Shown here one piece after another: positions 29,440 to 42,289 of a stretch of DNA of 64,000 nucleotides; the stretch's first letter is position 1, and every line of letters begins with the position of its first letter. The notes under the pieces are model-generated. The model saw only the letters and a program-made list of their open reading frames with translations. It made no database searches and was not told the DNA's origin. The position numbers and the translations under genes were made by a program. Source of the stretch: Marsupella aquatica (taxonomy: Eukaryota; Plantae; Marchantiophyta). The stretch spans positions 20,288,803 through 20,352,802 of the forward strand of contig OZ316895.1 in assembly GCA_973895155.1 (NCBI GenBank). Reading direction: 5' to 3'.

Positions 29440-30500
29440 ACAACAAAGATTTCTATTCACGTTAGAGATTATGAAATCACGGGTAAAATCTAATTCTCAA
29501 ATTACTTACTCAATTCCTACCAAATGATGATAATGCTGAGCTCATCAGGACAGTCTCTTCAAGATCTTTCTAACACCATATTATATGTGAGTTTTCATTA
29601 TGATTTGACTCAGCAATGTCAAATTGAAAATTGCTATCGGGAAAATTTTATGTTTTGAATAAAATCAAAATATAAATAAAACCATTAATGTGAGCAGTTT
29701 TACCTCAATCTTTTTGTCTTTTGATCTGCATGTCAATTTTTTTACATTCTTTTTTACGGCATGACGTCCCAATTTTTACAGCAACCTTGCCACAAACACG
29801 AATGCAAATGTTAATTTTATCCAAAAACAAGTCTCTTCCTGTTTGTAGCCTGCCATGATGATGTGGTGCACTGTGGAGCTAGGAATTTTGCAAAGGACCC
29901 CTAATGGGGTCCTAATTAGCGAGAGCCAATGCATCACAACTGTTATTTGTGATGCGTAACGCTTCTCAAACCCTTGCAACACTTATGTTCTTGCAAAACA
30001 TTTGCAATCTCTAGTTTCCTTTCACCCGTTTGTGAATTGAATCTCCTCGCAAACTATTTGCAAGAACGTAACGCTCAAACTAAATGCGAGTTATTTTGCT
30101 TCGCTTAATACTTTCGATACTTTCGTAGTCTGAGCAACAGGGTATTTGATATCTTGGTATTCAAATGATTCGACATGTGATGACATTAAGTCATTTGTGG
30201 TCACCATGATTTGACCAGGCCTACTGACAATTTTAATTAACTGAAACCATATTAAATGGGAGGGAAATACTTGAAAGAAACACGAAAACAAAGGCAGAAA
30301 GCAAGGCTCCATGAGACAACAAGCTACGTAAGGTCAAGGATGACCACCTCCAAAAGGGGTTTGCAATTCATTGATTATAAAATTGGACATAAACAATGGG
30401 AACTAATGATACTCTTGGCCTGGCTACAACCTCCTCAACTCAGCTCACAAAAATTCCCCACAAAAACCTGCTAACTACGATTCCATGTTCGATCTGGAGA

Positions 30501-32875
30501 CTACATGACCATCTCAGCTATCTAAACCGCAATAAATGCAACACATTTGCATATTTGGTCACCACATATTCAGCCTGTCAAACAGATACAATAGTAATAA
30601 GAAATCCCTCCTAAGAATCTTCAAGGGATAAATGATTCATGGACACCTCAAGACACATAGAATTGAGTCTTTGTAAATCATGGAATTGATTCTCTGTACG
30701 ACTGCCCATTGAGAATTGAAATAATGATATTGGGAATATCCGACGCGACATGATCGTAAGAATCAATTCATCCCAAACTTTGAAGATCAGGATCACAGCA
30801 AAAAAGAGGTTAAAGCTTGCCCTTGATTGTCGTCTTGGGATATGTCATGCCTTGTTCTCCCAACTGCAACATTGTCTCTACGTGACACCTGGAAAATTGG
30901 GAACTTGTTTTTTCATAGTTGTCCGCAAGCATGCCAATAACCAGCTTTGCATATGCATTATACAAGCCCTTCCTCCATTCAGTCCTACTCCACAAATGTA
31001 GCTTTCCCACTACTTCCCTGAAGCGGCTTAGCATCCAACATTACAGTGGCTCCATCAGAAATAATGTGTGCTGGCATAACAGACCTAGTTGTCTCTACAA
31101 AAGTTTGTAAAAAGAGGTGTCAGGATGATTGTATAATAACGCAATGTCAAATTCCCTAAAAGATAAACCTTCTCATGGCAGATTCTGCGTGACTCAAACA
31201 TGCTTTCATGATGCTTATCAAATAAATACATTGCAGGTTCGCCCTTACATTCGGAACAACAACTCCTTTCCCTGATTTGAATTTCACAGAAAAAAAGGCC
31301 TTGATACCCTGGCAGACATTATGTTACAGTTTGCAAAAGTTGGGTGGTTCGTGCTTACCTCAAGGGGTGTTGGAAACCGATTTCCATGACAATCGTCAAT
31401 AATAGTTATACCCTCTGCCTCTTCCAACATCTGTCGCGCTGTTTCCTATGAGATATTTGAAAGAGCTTTAAAACATCTAACACCAATAAGGCGGCTATAC
31501 TAGTTTTTTAGCTATTGAGACTACAGGGATGGATTCCCAAAGATTCTCACAACAATTTGTGGCTTGCTAGGTAGTTATTTGTTCGGCTATTATTTGACGG
31601 AGGAAAGTCATGCGCCAAGGAAACACTATAAAAATATAGATAAACATAAATTGTGGCGTCTTCTTACACAGGCACTACAACAAGGTTTTGTAGTAGTCTC
31701 GATGGAACCACTCGCCTTTCTAACTTGAAAACTAGATCAAGAGTTACCTCATCCGAGTTTCAAATTAATATTGCAGGTTTATACTCTCAGCATGAGCTCG
31801 CATGATGGGTACTCTTACGCAGGTGGCACTGACCTTCATATCTTTATCATTCTGGAAATTGACATTGCCACTCCATATAAGAATTAGAGACACTCGTATC
31901 AATGTATCCTCAGTTGAATGTACGATTGACCATCTTTACCAATAAAGAAAGATTTCCTATCCGCAACAGGCTCGCCTTCAAGTGGTTGCATCCAAAGCAA
32001 CCGGACTACCTACCTGGACATAAACCATCACATGGAAATTCTCAAGTAGAAAAATTATCATTACCCATATATCCTTGAACATCACAACACTAATCAATTA
32101 CCCAAATCTTCCTAGTCTCCTTGACAAGTTTTATCTCCTCTTCATTATACCAATTTGCTGTCACAGCCGAGTTGTGGGAGAAGAGATTGAAAGCATACCA
32201 CAAATACCACCCAACTTTGTCAGAAAAAGGTGAGATTACCCTGAAAGAATAGCTTTGCGGTGGGATGTGTGGCGGACATGTCCTCGATCCAACTTCAAGC
32301 CCGTGCACGTATATTTAGAAGTTAGTGTGAAGTGTGTATTCAACCTCAAAATATAGCAAATAAATAAAAGCTACCTGGATAAATTAGTAGAAAATGAATC
32401 TTAACCTTTAAAAAACAACCAACAAACCTCCAAGATATATTGTTATGGATTCATCTGTTCTGACAACTGTCAAATTACTATGACCTTTCTGTGTCATAGC
32501 CAATTCAGAAAAGGGGTTTTGGGGGGCTTTTGGGCATGCATAATATAGTTGAAATTTTGAATAGAATAACACATACCTGTGATTGAAATATGTTGCAAGT
32601 TGGTGCTTTACCATCCAGAACTTGCACAAAACAAATGATGTAAAGGATCCAAAGCTTGAAGTCCACAAACTTAGATTTCTCATGCAGGCTATGTACTTAC
32701 ATTGCAAAATAGTGCCAGGTCAACTATCACAACAAATTATTTAGACGTCTGCTCCTTCAAAAGGCAGAATTTTGACAATATTTTTTTAAAAGATCCTGCT
32801 ATAAGAAGACCTAGTGTGCTTGTAGCTCCAACTCCACCATGGCTGCAGCACCAGCTTCACCCAACGCACGCTACC
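30501..32875 (-). pseudogene. ASD: Aspartate-semialdehyde dehydrogenase pseudogene, 3' half with introns
   Basis: Exons ~32815-32875 (AGAAAMVELELQAH*), 32102-32197 (YAFNLFSHNSAVTANWYNEEEIKLVKETRKIW), 31748-31853 (NDKDMKVSATCVRVPIMRAHAESINLQY*), 31359-31445 (ETARQMLEEAEGITIIDDCHGNRFPTPLE), 30821-30888 (VSRRDNVAVGRTRHDISQDDNQG) and 30501-30574 (CGDQICK...AV*IAEMVM*) follow the order of plant ASD. Confidence 0.88.
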
Positions 32876-33384
32876 TAGTAAAAGAATGACAATAGCCATC
32901 ATACAAGGCATTATACAATTGTGAGCGAGATGGGTCAATTGACTAGAGTGAAATGTATCTACAAACTGATCTCAAAGTGTTACAAAACCTGTCACATTTG
33001 TAACAAGTAAATATTATTTTTTACATTTTCTTTACGGAGATGAGTATTTTTTAAATAGATACTCACACAGTTTGAGCTTCTCCTCAATTTGAACCCACTT
33101 CTTACAATGTGCTTCACCATTTCTCTCATTAACTAGTTCTTCAAATACCCACAAAATATAAACAAAAGACAAACTAAGTTGCTATGCAATCCTCGTAAAC
33201 GTGGATCTGGTTCTACCATTCATGGAAAAATGACGCACGTGCCGAGGCTGCAATTTCATATAAAAAAGAGCAAATTCCCCTCCAGTAATCATAATGAAGG
33301 GTATTAATTGCCCAAACTTGGGCTTCCCTCTCTTGCTCTTTAGATGTTTTTTTCTCTTGCGCTTCAGCTACCTCAACTGCTTTC

Positions 33385-33655
33385 TTATCTCGCGCTTCCA
33401 ATTCTTTCTTGTGCACTTTGATTTCTTACTTGTTACTTGACTCTTGCTGTCACCAATGCCCTACTTGCTCGTTGACAACTTCGATAGTTGGTTATCCCAT
33501 ATAATCAACATTGTTTATTTGTCTTTAGAGTGTTATGGATTCTTCCAAACTATCTTGTAGAGTCAGCCTGTTGAGGAAACATGTTGCAAAACTTGAGGAA
33601 GCGTGCAAGGAAGAAATCAAAGTTCACAAGAAAGAATTGGAAGCGCAAGAGAAGA
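33385..33655. repeat. ~40-45-bp inverted repeat
   Basis: AAGAAATCAAAGTTCACAAGAAAGAATTGGAAGCGC at 33611-33646 is the reverse complement (1 mismatch) of ~33392-33427. Confidence 0.8.
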
Positions 33656-34351
33656 GGTTTTAACTTTGCAAATTTGGGATGGTGTAGCGATGCGTGTTAG
33701 TTCGCAAGTGCCGGAATTCTGTTTATCGGGCCTTTGTTGATTGCGATGTGTATGGGTTAGCAAAAGGGGCCGATAGTGTAGTAGTGTAAGTAACAAGAAG
33801 CCTTAAATGATGAGTAACAAGCCCATACTTTAGGAACTCTAGCCAAAAAATCAGAAAAACAACGAAAAAGTCAAAAAAAGTGCAAAAATTAGCACCTATT
33901 TTAGAGCAAAAATATGGAGCGAACAAAATATGACATAAACTAGCTATGTTTTGACACCTAAAAATGACCAAATTCATCTGAAGTTACATTCCACCAATAA
34001 ATGATCTCAAATACAACACTATTATCTACAATGGTCTCACAATTACACGAGGTGTCTTTTGAAACAACAACTAAATCACCTCCAAAAGCCATTGTCATTT
34101 AAAAACCAGAAAATAAATTACTACAACTTAACCTGATACACATTATTGTGAAAAGAAGACAAGGAGAATAGAAATGACACCATCTAATTGAATTGAAACA
34201 CAACCCACTAAGATAATATTAAACTACAAATTTCTCAAGAAACTTTAACCATGAATTCATGAATAAGTGGTAAAGGCATTTTGAAAATTTGTAAATTTTC
34301 AAGTTATCCATGTTTTTCAATGGTAATGTCACAAACAATAACTACTTTTCA

Positions 34352-37300
34352 TTACTCAGATCCAGAAGTCCTCAATTCTTGAAACGAAATATCCCTAGAT
34401 TTATCTCCTAGCGGGGTTCTAGTTGATCCATTCTCTTGTTCTTGCTCTTTCTCTTCTGCCAAAAATTCAGTCAATCGGATTTTGATTCGATCTACTGTCT
34501 TTTTGTACAATGTATCAGATTTTTTCAACATGAAGTTGTAAGCAAAAACAGTCGTTGAAGATAAATCAAGCTCTTGGTGAAACCATATTGGTTTCAAAGT
34601 TCCTTTCCCACGACCACTTTTCTTCTTTTCGTAGTTTAAGACTTCTGGTAAGTACTTGGCTTTCCAAGGATCTGACCCGGTTTTTGTAGCATGCCATAAA
34701 ACATAAATCATTTTTGGAATGTTGAACTCGTCGCGCTGGTCAATTCTTTCCACCTTGGCCACCCAAAATGTTTCCGATTCTTCTCCAGCAACAGAAATAT
34801 AAGTGTTGACTTCAAGATCCGAAAAGTCTCCTTCCATATTCTCCTTCTCTGCATCTATCTTTCCTTGATTCCGATAAGGACCCACGTATATATCTCTGGT
34901 AGGTCCGTATACTCTCTCTTCAATTTCCTCTTCATTGACAAGGACTCTGGGAACTTCAGCAGCAACAGCAATCTCCCTTTGGGAGCGTGGCCATTGAAAA
35001 GGGAAAATCAATGGTCTTTGATCAAGGAGCAAAGATTTATTCAATTCCCGTTGCTCTTCAAAAAACATTCTCCACCAGTTCACTTCCTCTTCTGAGAATA
35101 AAGTTTCAACTGCAAGTATTCCCTTTTGAATCTCATTTAACGAATCATCCATCTCCTTCAAAGTCATTCTTGAAGAACTAGACATATTTGGTTGAGTCCT
35201 TGTAACGTTCTTATCCCCCTTTTTGAAAAGGGGTAATCCGGGAGCACAACCCATCACCTTTTCTGGCTCCTCTTCCCTCAAAAATTTCACGCCTCCGTCA
35301 GGTTTCCAAGTTGAGTCCGTGGAAAACTTCTTCCCCCATTGGGTTGGAACTTGATTTTCCAACTTGTCAAATGCAAATTTGTACTGGTGGTGGAAGGTAA
35401 CATTTCGAATCCTTTCAATGACTAAAGGTGGATCTGAGAAGGCATATTGACGGAAATCATATGTTTCCTTTAAAAGAGTGATTGGGGTTGATATGATTCA
35501 CAAATAATATCACATAGGCTTTCGTATGTGAATGCCTTAAACCTTGCTAGTCGTTTAGAAAATCGACTGAACATTTGATCTATTTGGTCGTGTGTGTGTC
35601 CAACCAACAAGAATCCTAGTTTGATTTTCCAAAAAACCTTTCTTCGAATCAACATATGAAGATAGGCAAAGAGTAAATTATTTTTATTTTCTCTACTGGT
35701 ATTATCAAGTTGAAGATAGAGAACAGGCGGCAAGCCACCAGGCTTTTCTTCCCATTCGTGAAACACCCTTTGCAGGATTGTGACTGTGAAGTTTCCATCA
35801 TTATGCAATACAGGATAATTAAGAAACACTCTTGAAAATAGTGCACCATTGAAAACCAGGCATCCGACAACGTGCATTTGGATCAAACATGTTTCGTCCA
35901 CCGATTTTGGGGGCCGCGGCCAATGAGGCAACCTTGTCTTCTTCTGATCCATCCCGTCAATGACAACTCCCAAATATTTATCAGAATTTGAAAAAAATTT
36001 CTTACGATGCTTCGCGAGTTTCTCACGTTCTTTGGATTGTTGGTCTCTATGTTTTTGTAACATAATTTCCCCTCGCCCTGGAAAAACAACTTGTTAGTTT
36101 CTTCAAAAAAAATTAGAAATCATGTGTTAAGCCATATTCTTGAAACAAAAACTTGTCAAACTTGTAAGTAACTTACTCTTTTCGGTCTCCGAGACAGCTT
36201 TGTCCCGAATTGATTTGAACTCCTCGCAATCCGCGCAAGCACTGAATCGATTGACTGGAGGAATCTTCACATGACCAAATTCTTGAACCCAAACTTTCAA
36301 GAATTGTCGATAGGATATTTTTGAAGATTCATCAATCTTGGCATAGTTGGAGTCGTAGATCTTCCATACCTCCAGCTTTGAATAATTATCCGGTAAATGT
36401 GAAACTTCTTTATTTGGCAATGTTTCCACGCGTGTCTCAAAAAACGACCTAAGCCAACTGACCAAGACTAATCTTTTAACAGATGGAGGGCGTCCAACTG
36501 GTTTAGAATATCCTAAGTCTTGGTTGTCTAATTTCAAAATTCTATTTAATCTATGATTGCCAACGCAAAATATAAGCTTGAAAGCTTTCCGACAAATACT
36601 CTTTTGACCAAACGTGTAAGATATAGTCTGCCTCCCTCCTTCATTTCCGTCTCGCTTTATAAGCCACTGCAAAGATAAAGATCGATCCTGAGATTTCTGC
36701 CTCAAAAATTTAGAACGCGCCTCACGAATTTCTTTTGGAGATAGACTTAGGAGACAATGACTCTGACAACAGTACTTACTATTTGTTTTCTTGATATCCT
36801 CCTCTTTCAACTTTGTTTCACACAAAGTGGCGTTGCTCGTACATTTGTAACGACTAGATGCCACCGGAACATCATCATCCTCCCCACTCTCCGAAGACTC
36901 GCTTTCATTCGATGATGAAATGGTCACCAACATTTGCTTCTGAACATGCCTAGATTCCAGACCTGCAGCCTTCGGAGATGGAGGCTCTTCCTTCACTCTA
37001 TGCACCCTTGGAATACCTGGGCGTATTTCAGAAATCCCTCCATTACCGTGTAGGGACCCTTTCAATATTTTCCTAGGGTCCCTCTCCACCAGGTTGGTTT
37101 CCATGTTTGAGTTTCCGTGACTTGATCCGCTCCCTGCCCCAACACCATGACTCCTAGGTAAAACTGAGGAACGCACATTAGAATTCTTTTCTGGAATACT
37201 TTTCAATAACACTGGTCGTCTAGTTTCTTCCCTCATCCCCCTGTGAAATGTTTCCGACGTTGGCTTACCAAAGGTTTTACTTTTTGGCATTTGCTTCAGC

Positions 37301-37743
37301 CGCTGAACACTTTGGAGACTGCAAAAATCTCTGTCATTTTCCCCACTTAGTGCCTTCTTCGTCTTTCCAAATCCAGTCTTCATGAATTCATGAGACCGTT
37401 TCCCAGACATCCAAATAGGCATTGAACCTTCCAGATTACTCCCCAATTTGTCCTTTGTTGGTGACAAAAGAGATACAACTTGACGTCCAGGGGGACCAAT
37501 ACTCTCCAAGGAGTCAGAGGAGCTCCCTGACCTCTCTTTACCACCGACCAATGATTTCTTCCCACTAATTGCAAGTCGTAAAGGACTACGTTTTAACTTG
37601 CTCATAGGGGTGGGGGGTGGCATATCTAAAACAGTAGTTATTCCAGGGATATCTGGGCCAACCACTGTGCAGGGGCCATCCGGCAATGAAACATCATCAG
37701 AAACTCCATCTGAATAATCATCTGATTCGTAACACGCCGCCAT
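34352..37743 (-). CDS. Sola-related DDD transposase (RNase H fold), ~1100 aa, 2 exons, one frameshift
   Basis: Exon 37743-36177 splices in frame (GTAAGT...TTCCAG) to an exon starting at 36077. Cys-rich YCCQSHCL and FSACADC motifs. Catalytic-type motifs IDGMDQKKT.LP, LYLQLDNTSRENKN and FLLVGHTHDQIDQMFS. A 1-nt frameshift at ~35485 joins ITLLKETYDFRQY... to ORF 34352-35362. Confidence 0.8.
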
Positions 37744-38522
37744 TGGAAAAACTAGTGCAAATTGACAAGAAACTCAGAAAATCAGTAAAATCTAACAAAT
37801 CTTCTCAAAATAATGACCAAGAGTCATGAATAAACGAGCCTATTTATAGTTTTTCACGGATTGTTGGGACTTTTTAACTTCAAAAATATCAAATATTCAT
37901 GAAATTTGCAAGCTTTTTCCCGTTAATACCCCGAAATATTCATGAATAATTGGCCCAAAAACATTGATTTATCATGATTCTGGGTTAATTTTACTAAGTC
38001 GCGCCTGATCCGTGATTAGTATGTATAACCAAGGAACACGGGGCAGCCCATTCATTTTCACTCAATGTCATTTGGATTTCCTTTGTAAAAGAGTGAAAAA
38101 CAATCTCGCTGTCCAATTTCGTGCCATTTTCAGCACTCATCGGCGACGTGTCGCGAGTTGTCGCGGTCGCACTTCATTTCGACCCTGTTTTAGGTAGTAA
38201 TTTAGGCCCTGGGTGATTTCTTCACGTCACCCCCCTCCGAACCCTATTTTAAATACCCTTCTGCATCACCGAGGTGTACAAGCAAAGAGAGAGGAGACTC
38301 CCTTCATGAATTCATGAAGGTCGGAGCGAGAGGGAGACTCCCTTCATGAATTCATGATAGGAGTCCTGGGGTGGCCGAGAGCGTTGTTAGATCCGTAAGG
38401 ACACGGTTTTAGTAGCCATTTGTTGGCACATTCCTTGGTTCTGTGGCACTTTGTCTTGTAGGTTGGGGTTGAAGTGGACTGATTTTGTGGTATGTTCTCA
38501 GGTTTGAAGATCAGGCAAAAAC
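37744..38522. promoter_or_regulatory. Putative bidirectional promoter between transposase and ParB-MTase, with TCATGA palindromes
   Basis: CTATAAATAGG on the - strand at ~37839-37849 and TTTAAATA at ~38248. Perfect 20-bp palindrome CCTTCATGAATTCATGAAGG at 38301-38320, with a second copy 40 bp downstream. Confidence 0.55.
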
Positions 38523-41500
38523 ATGACAATGTCGCAGGAAGAGCTAGTGGATGACATCTTTTCGCGCCATCCTTTGACGGACTTCCACAACTCATCCTGG
38601 ACGATTTCCTTAGGGACGGAAACATGGAAGAAGCCCTTCCTAATGCTGTGTGTATTTGAGGGGCTTCCATCGGGGGCATTAGGGTGGGTAAATTACGGCC
38701 GCATCGATGTATTTCGACGGGGCGACGAAGTTGTGAACATGTTGATCACAACGAAGGAAACATCAACTTTGATTGTCGTGGATGTGGAGAGGTTTTCTGG
38801 AACGGCTGCCACCTGCTATCTCGATGAGGACATCGATAGCATCATTGAGACTGTCAAGTCTCTTTCGAGTGAGGAACGTTACCACGACGTCGCGGGAAAG
38901 ATTTCCGGTTTTGTGTTTGAATTTCACGCTAGCACTTTAAAGAGTGCAATCCGAAAATCAAGAGAGATTCTCCGGAAAAGGTCGGCAGAGAAGGGAGTAA
39001 GTCGTCCACCCAAATCTGGGGCTTCCGGTGTTCCTTCTGGATCGAGGCCTAGCATTTTACCCAATGATATTTTGACCGTGGTAGCGCCTACAACCTCCCG
39101 GGAAGCAGCAGCATCTGGAGGGGGATCTCAAGTTGGCAGATCATCCCAGGGAACGGCTTTGACTGGTGGGTCGGCACAAGGTACGACTGGAACTCGCATT
39201 TCTTCAAAGAAGCGACCTGCTATGACTCTTGAGCCTACCGAGCCCAGTGCTACAAAGTCAAAAAAGAAGACTTTGGAGAAAATTCCAACGCATTTGGAGC
39301 AAAAGGCTCAATCAATGTCAATGGATGCACGGGTGTTGTACCAGGAGGAGATTCTGGGAAGATGTGGTGTTCAAGAGGAGACCGTGACCGTTGACATTGG
39401 TCAACTTTACCCTCCAGTGAGAGAGAAGGCTGTGGGCTTGCCCATTTACCAGGTCCGACACATCCAACCATATTTCTTGACCCAATTGACCTTGCGGATG
39501 AAGACTGTAGGTGCCAGTCCACTTGCAGCTCCGTTTGTCCTCTTGGTGGATCCGAAGGAGTGTGCTACTAGGCAAGACTTTGATTTTTCAAGGAAAGCTG
39601 ATTACCATTATTATGTGATTGGGGGCAACCATTCAGCCCGTGCCAAAGCAGACCTTGCTCTTCAGTTCCCTAACAACAAGGCATTTCGGAGAGTGCAATC
39701 TTGGATATTTGCGGGATTGAGTGTGCAAGAGGCAAGAAACCTTGCGTGGAATCACAATATTGATTCTGAATTTCGACAACAGATGACGACAATCCAGAGA
39801 GTAAATTATATTCACATGAGATTTGTTGAGAATGGATTGTCGTCCAACCAGGATTTCAAGAAAGAGTGTGCTACTGAAATCAATCTCAAGGATTGGGGTG
39901 TACGAAAGGATGCTGAGGTTCTTAATGCCAATGATAACCTATTTCAGTTGGCATTCCGACAAGATCCTGTGTGGTCATTTGTGAGGCAGATTTGTGACAA
40001 GTGGGAGATGTGTGAGATCAAAGGTCAAAAAGGAGACAAAGGCAAGAAGAAAGTCTCTAAGTCTGGAGATGCCAAATTGCCTTATGAGGACATGAAATTA
40101 ACAGAGTGGAGACACATGCAGGCCTTGAAAGATCCTGATATGATTTGCCCAGTGTTACAGAGAGTTCTTACTAAAGAACTCTCTTTACAGGAAATGGGTC
40201 ACGAATTTACTCGACACAAATTTCAGATGCAGGTGCAGAAGGCCTTCCTCACGTGTCTACACGAGGAGAGTTGGTCAGGTTGTAAAACCAAGTACCCTGA
40301 GCATTGCACAGACAATGTGCTTAAGAATTTCGTACCTATTTTCCAGACATGGGTAAGATTCTGTCACCTTTCTTCGAATGATTGTTTGAATTCATTTAAT
40401 ATTTGGAATCCTTGTTTCTAATTCTACAGTTCCTTTTTGTAGAAAGATACCACCTCCCGGAAAAAGAAGGGAGATGAGGAAGGCAAAGATCTCAAGTCAT
40501 TCCCGGACAAATTCAATGCGCATATTGTGCAAGCCCAAAATTGGCTATCCATGAAGACTTCTAGTCGGCAAACCCAAGAGGGGGAACTTCATCCAAATTC
40601 GTTTGAGCATCCAGAGTTTGGTGATGTGCACTATGATATTTTTACTCATGATGCTCAGCGATTACATGAGGTGGTTCCGGGTCGGGCTTACACATTAGCT
40701 TTAGTGGATATTCCCTACGGGTTTGCATTGCCTGGATGTCTTCATGAAGACACTATTGGATGGGGAACTGAGGAGATCACAAAAATGGTCCAATCGTTCA
40801 AGGTGGCTACTACTGCAAAGTTGTGGCGTATTATCATTCACCACAGCCTTGACCAATATGAGGCCATCAAGACCGTTTTGAAAGCGGAGTGTAATGGAGG
40901 GTTCCAGAATTGTGTGTGGTAAGAAATATTTGTTTTTGAAAAAAACAACTATTAGTTATTCATGATTTCATGAACCATGTTTCTCAGTTTAAATAACTCC
41001 TTGACTTTTTGTGACTTTTCAGGGTTAAGGATAATGTGAAGAATGCTGGTGGACCAAGATTGAACAGCAACTTTGAGTGCTTTACAATTGGCTTTCACAG
41101 CCAGGATGGTAAACGGTCATTGGAGCACTTCAATTTTGACACAAATGAATCAAGGAACAATGTGGTTGTATGCGCAGCTGTGACTAAGAAGCTGAAACAC
41201 AACGGGGATAACAAGGCAATGAATGTTTATCAGAAACCACGTGCATTGTTAGATTGGGAAGTGAGTCATTTTAGTCAGGTTGGAGACTGGGTTTTGGATA
41301 TTTGTTCAGGATCAGGGATTGGGACAACCTCCTCCTTGGCCATGGGGAGACATTGCGTTGCCATTGAGATTGACGAGCGACAGAGCAGTGTGTTGGAAAG
41401 GGAGGATTCTTAACCTTGCAGATAACATTGAAGAGGAAGACGGACAGGGGGAGATGGATGAGGAGAGTGAGGAAGACATTCCTCAGGCCGGAGAGGATAG

Positions 41501-41585
41501 CGTGGTTGACGATGCCACAATTGTTCCAGAATTGACGACAGGGACTTCCGGAACCGAGGAAGGGGAAGCGGTCCCTTTGGATTAG
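38523..41585 (+). CDS. ParB/Sulfiredoxin-like domain fused to a beta-class N6-adenine/N4-cytosine DNA methyltransferase; 3 exons; 1-nt frameshift near the C-terminus
   Basis: Exons 38523-40352, 40443-40918 and 41023-onward splice in frame at GT-AG sites. ParB-like PFVLLVD...YYVIGGNHSARAK. MTase motif IV ALVDIPYG precedes CVWVK, then QKPRALL, motif I VGDWVLDICSGSG and GRHCVAIEIDERQ. An apparent extra G at ~41396 shifts the acidic tail (...GRILNLADNIEEEDG to 41585) out of frame. Confidence 0.85.
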
Positions 41586-41939
41586 ACTAGATAAATAGAG
41601 GGACTCGTAGCATTTGAAACCACTTGGGCTTAAGTTGGGTTATATTTTGTAAAACTTTGAGTTTGACTTAAACTCTGATCGATGAGTTTGATTTTGATTA
41701 CTTTTATAAAGTGCATATTTCAAGGTTTATACAATTGTGAGAATATCATATAAGATATGCTTAGATTTTGGTGGTAAAATTCTCTTGAGTCTAGTTTGGA
41801 AAATACATACAATTTTTTGGTGGTTTTTTGGTATACACTTTTTAATATCATGAAGATTTTGAAAAGAGAAATAAGGCTTTGGACTCATCCCTTAAGGCTT
41901 CTTGTTAAGTGTGCTAGTATTGTAGTTACGTGAATGGAG

Positions 41940-42200
41940 CAACTGTAGGCAGTACACTATAGCATGCACATTGTAGATCGTACACTATAGCATACACATT
42001 ATAGATCGTACACTGTAGCATGCATGCTATAGATTATACACTGTAGCATGCACACTGTAGGTCTTGCATTGTAGCATGCACTCTGTAGACCGTACACTAT
42101 AGCATGCACACTGTAGATTATACACTGTAGCATGCACACTATAGGTGATGCACTGTAGCATGCACACTATAGACTATATATTGTAGCATGCACGCTATAC
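41940..42200. repeat. Minisatellite, ~28-bp unit (14-bp sub-period), about 8-9 copies
   Basis: CACTGTAGCATGCACACTGTAGATCGTA-like units. Confidence 0.9.
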
Positions 42201-42289
42201 ACATGCATATAATGCGAGAATTCAAAGTACTATCCACACACAGTACGAACGGTGCATTGAAGTTCGTGGGGTTTTTCATGAGAAGTATC

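Noticed and set aside
38523-41585. Bacterial or phage contamination as the source of the MTase
   Set aside because: The gene has frame-restoring spliceosomal introns and is contiguous with plant TEs.
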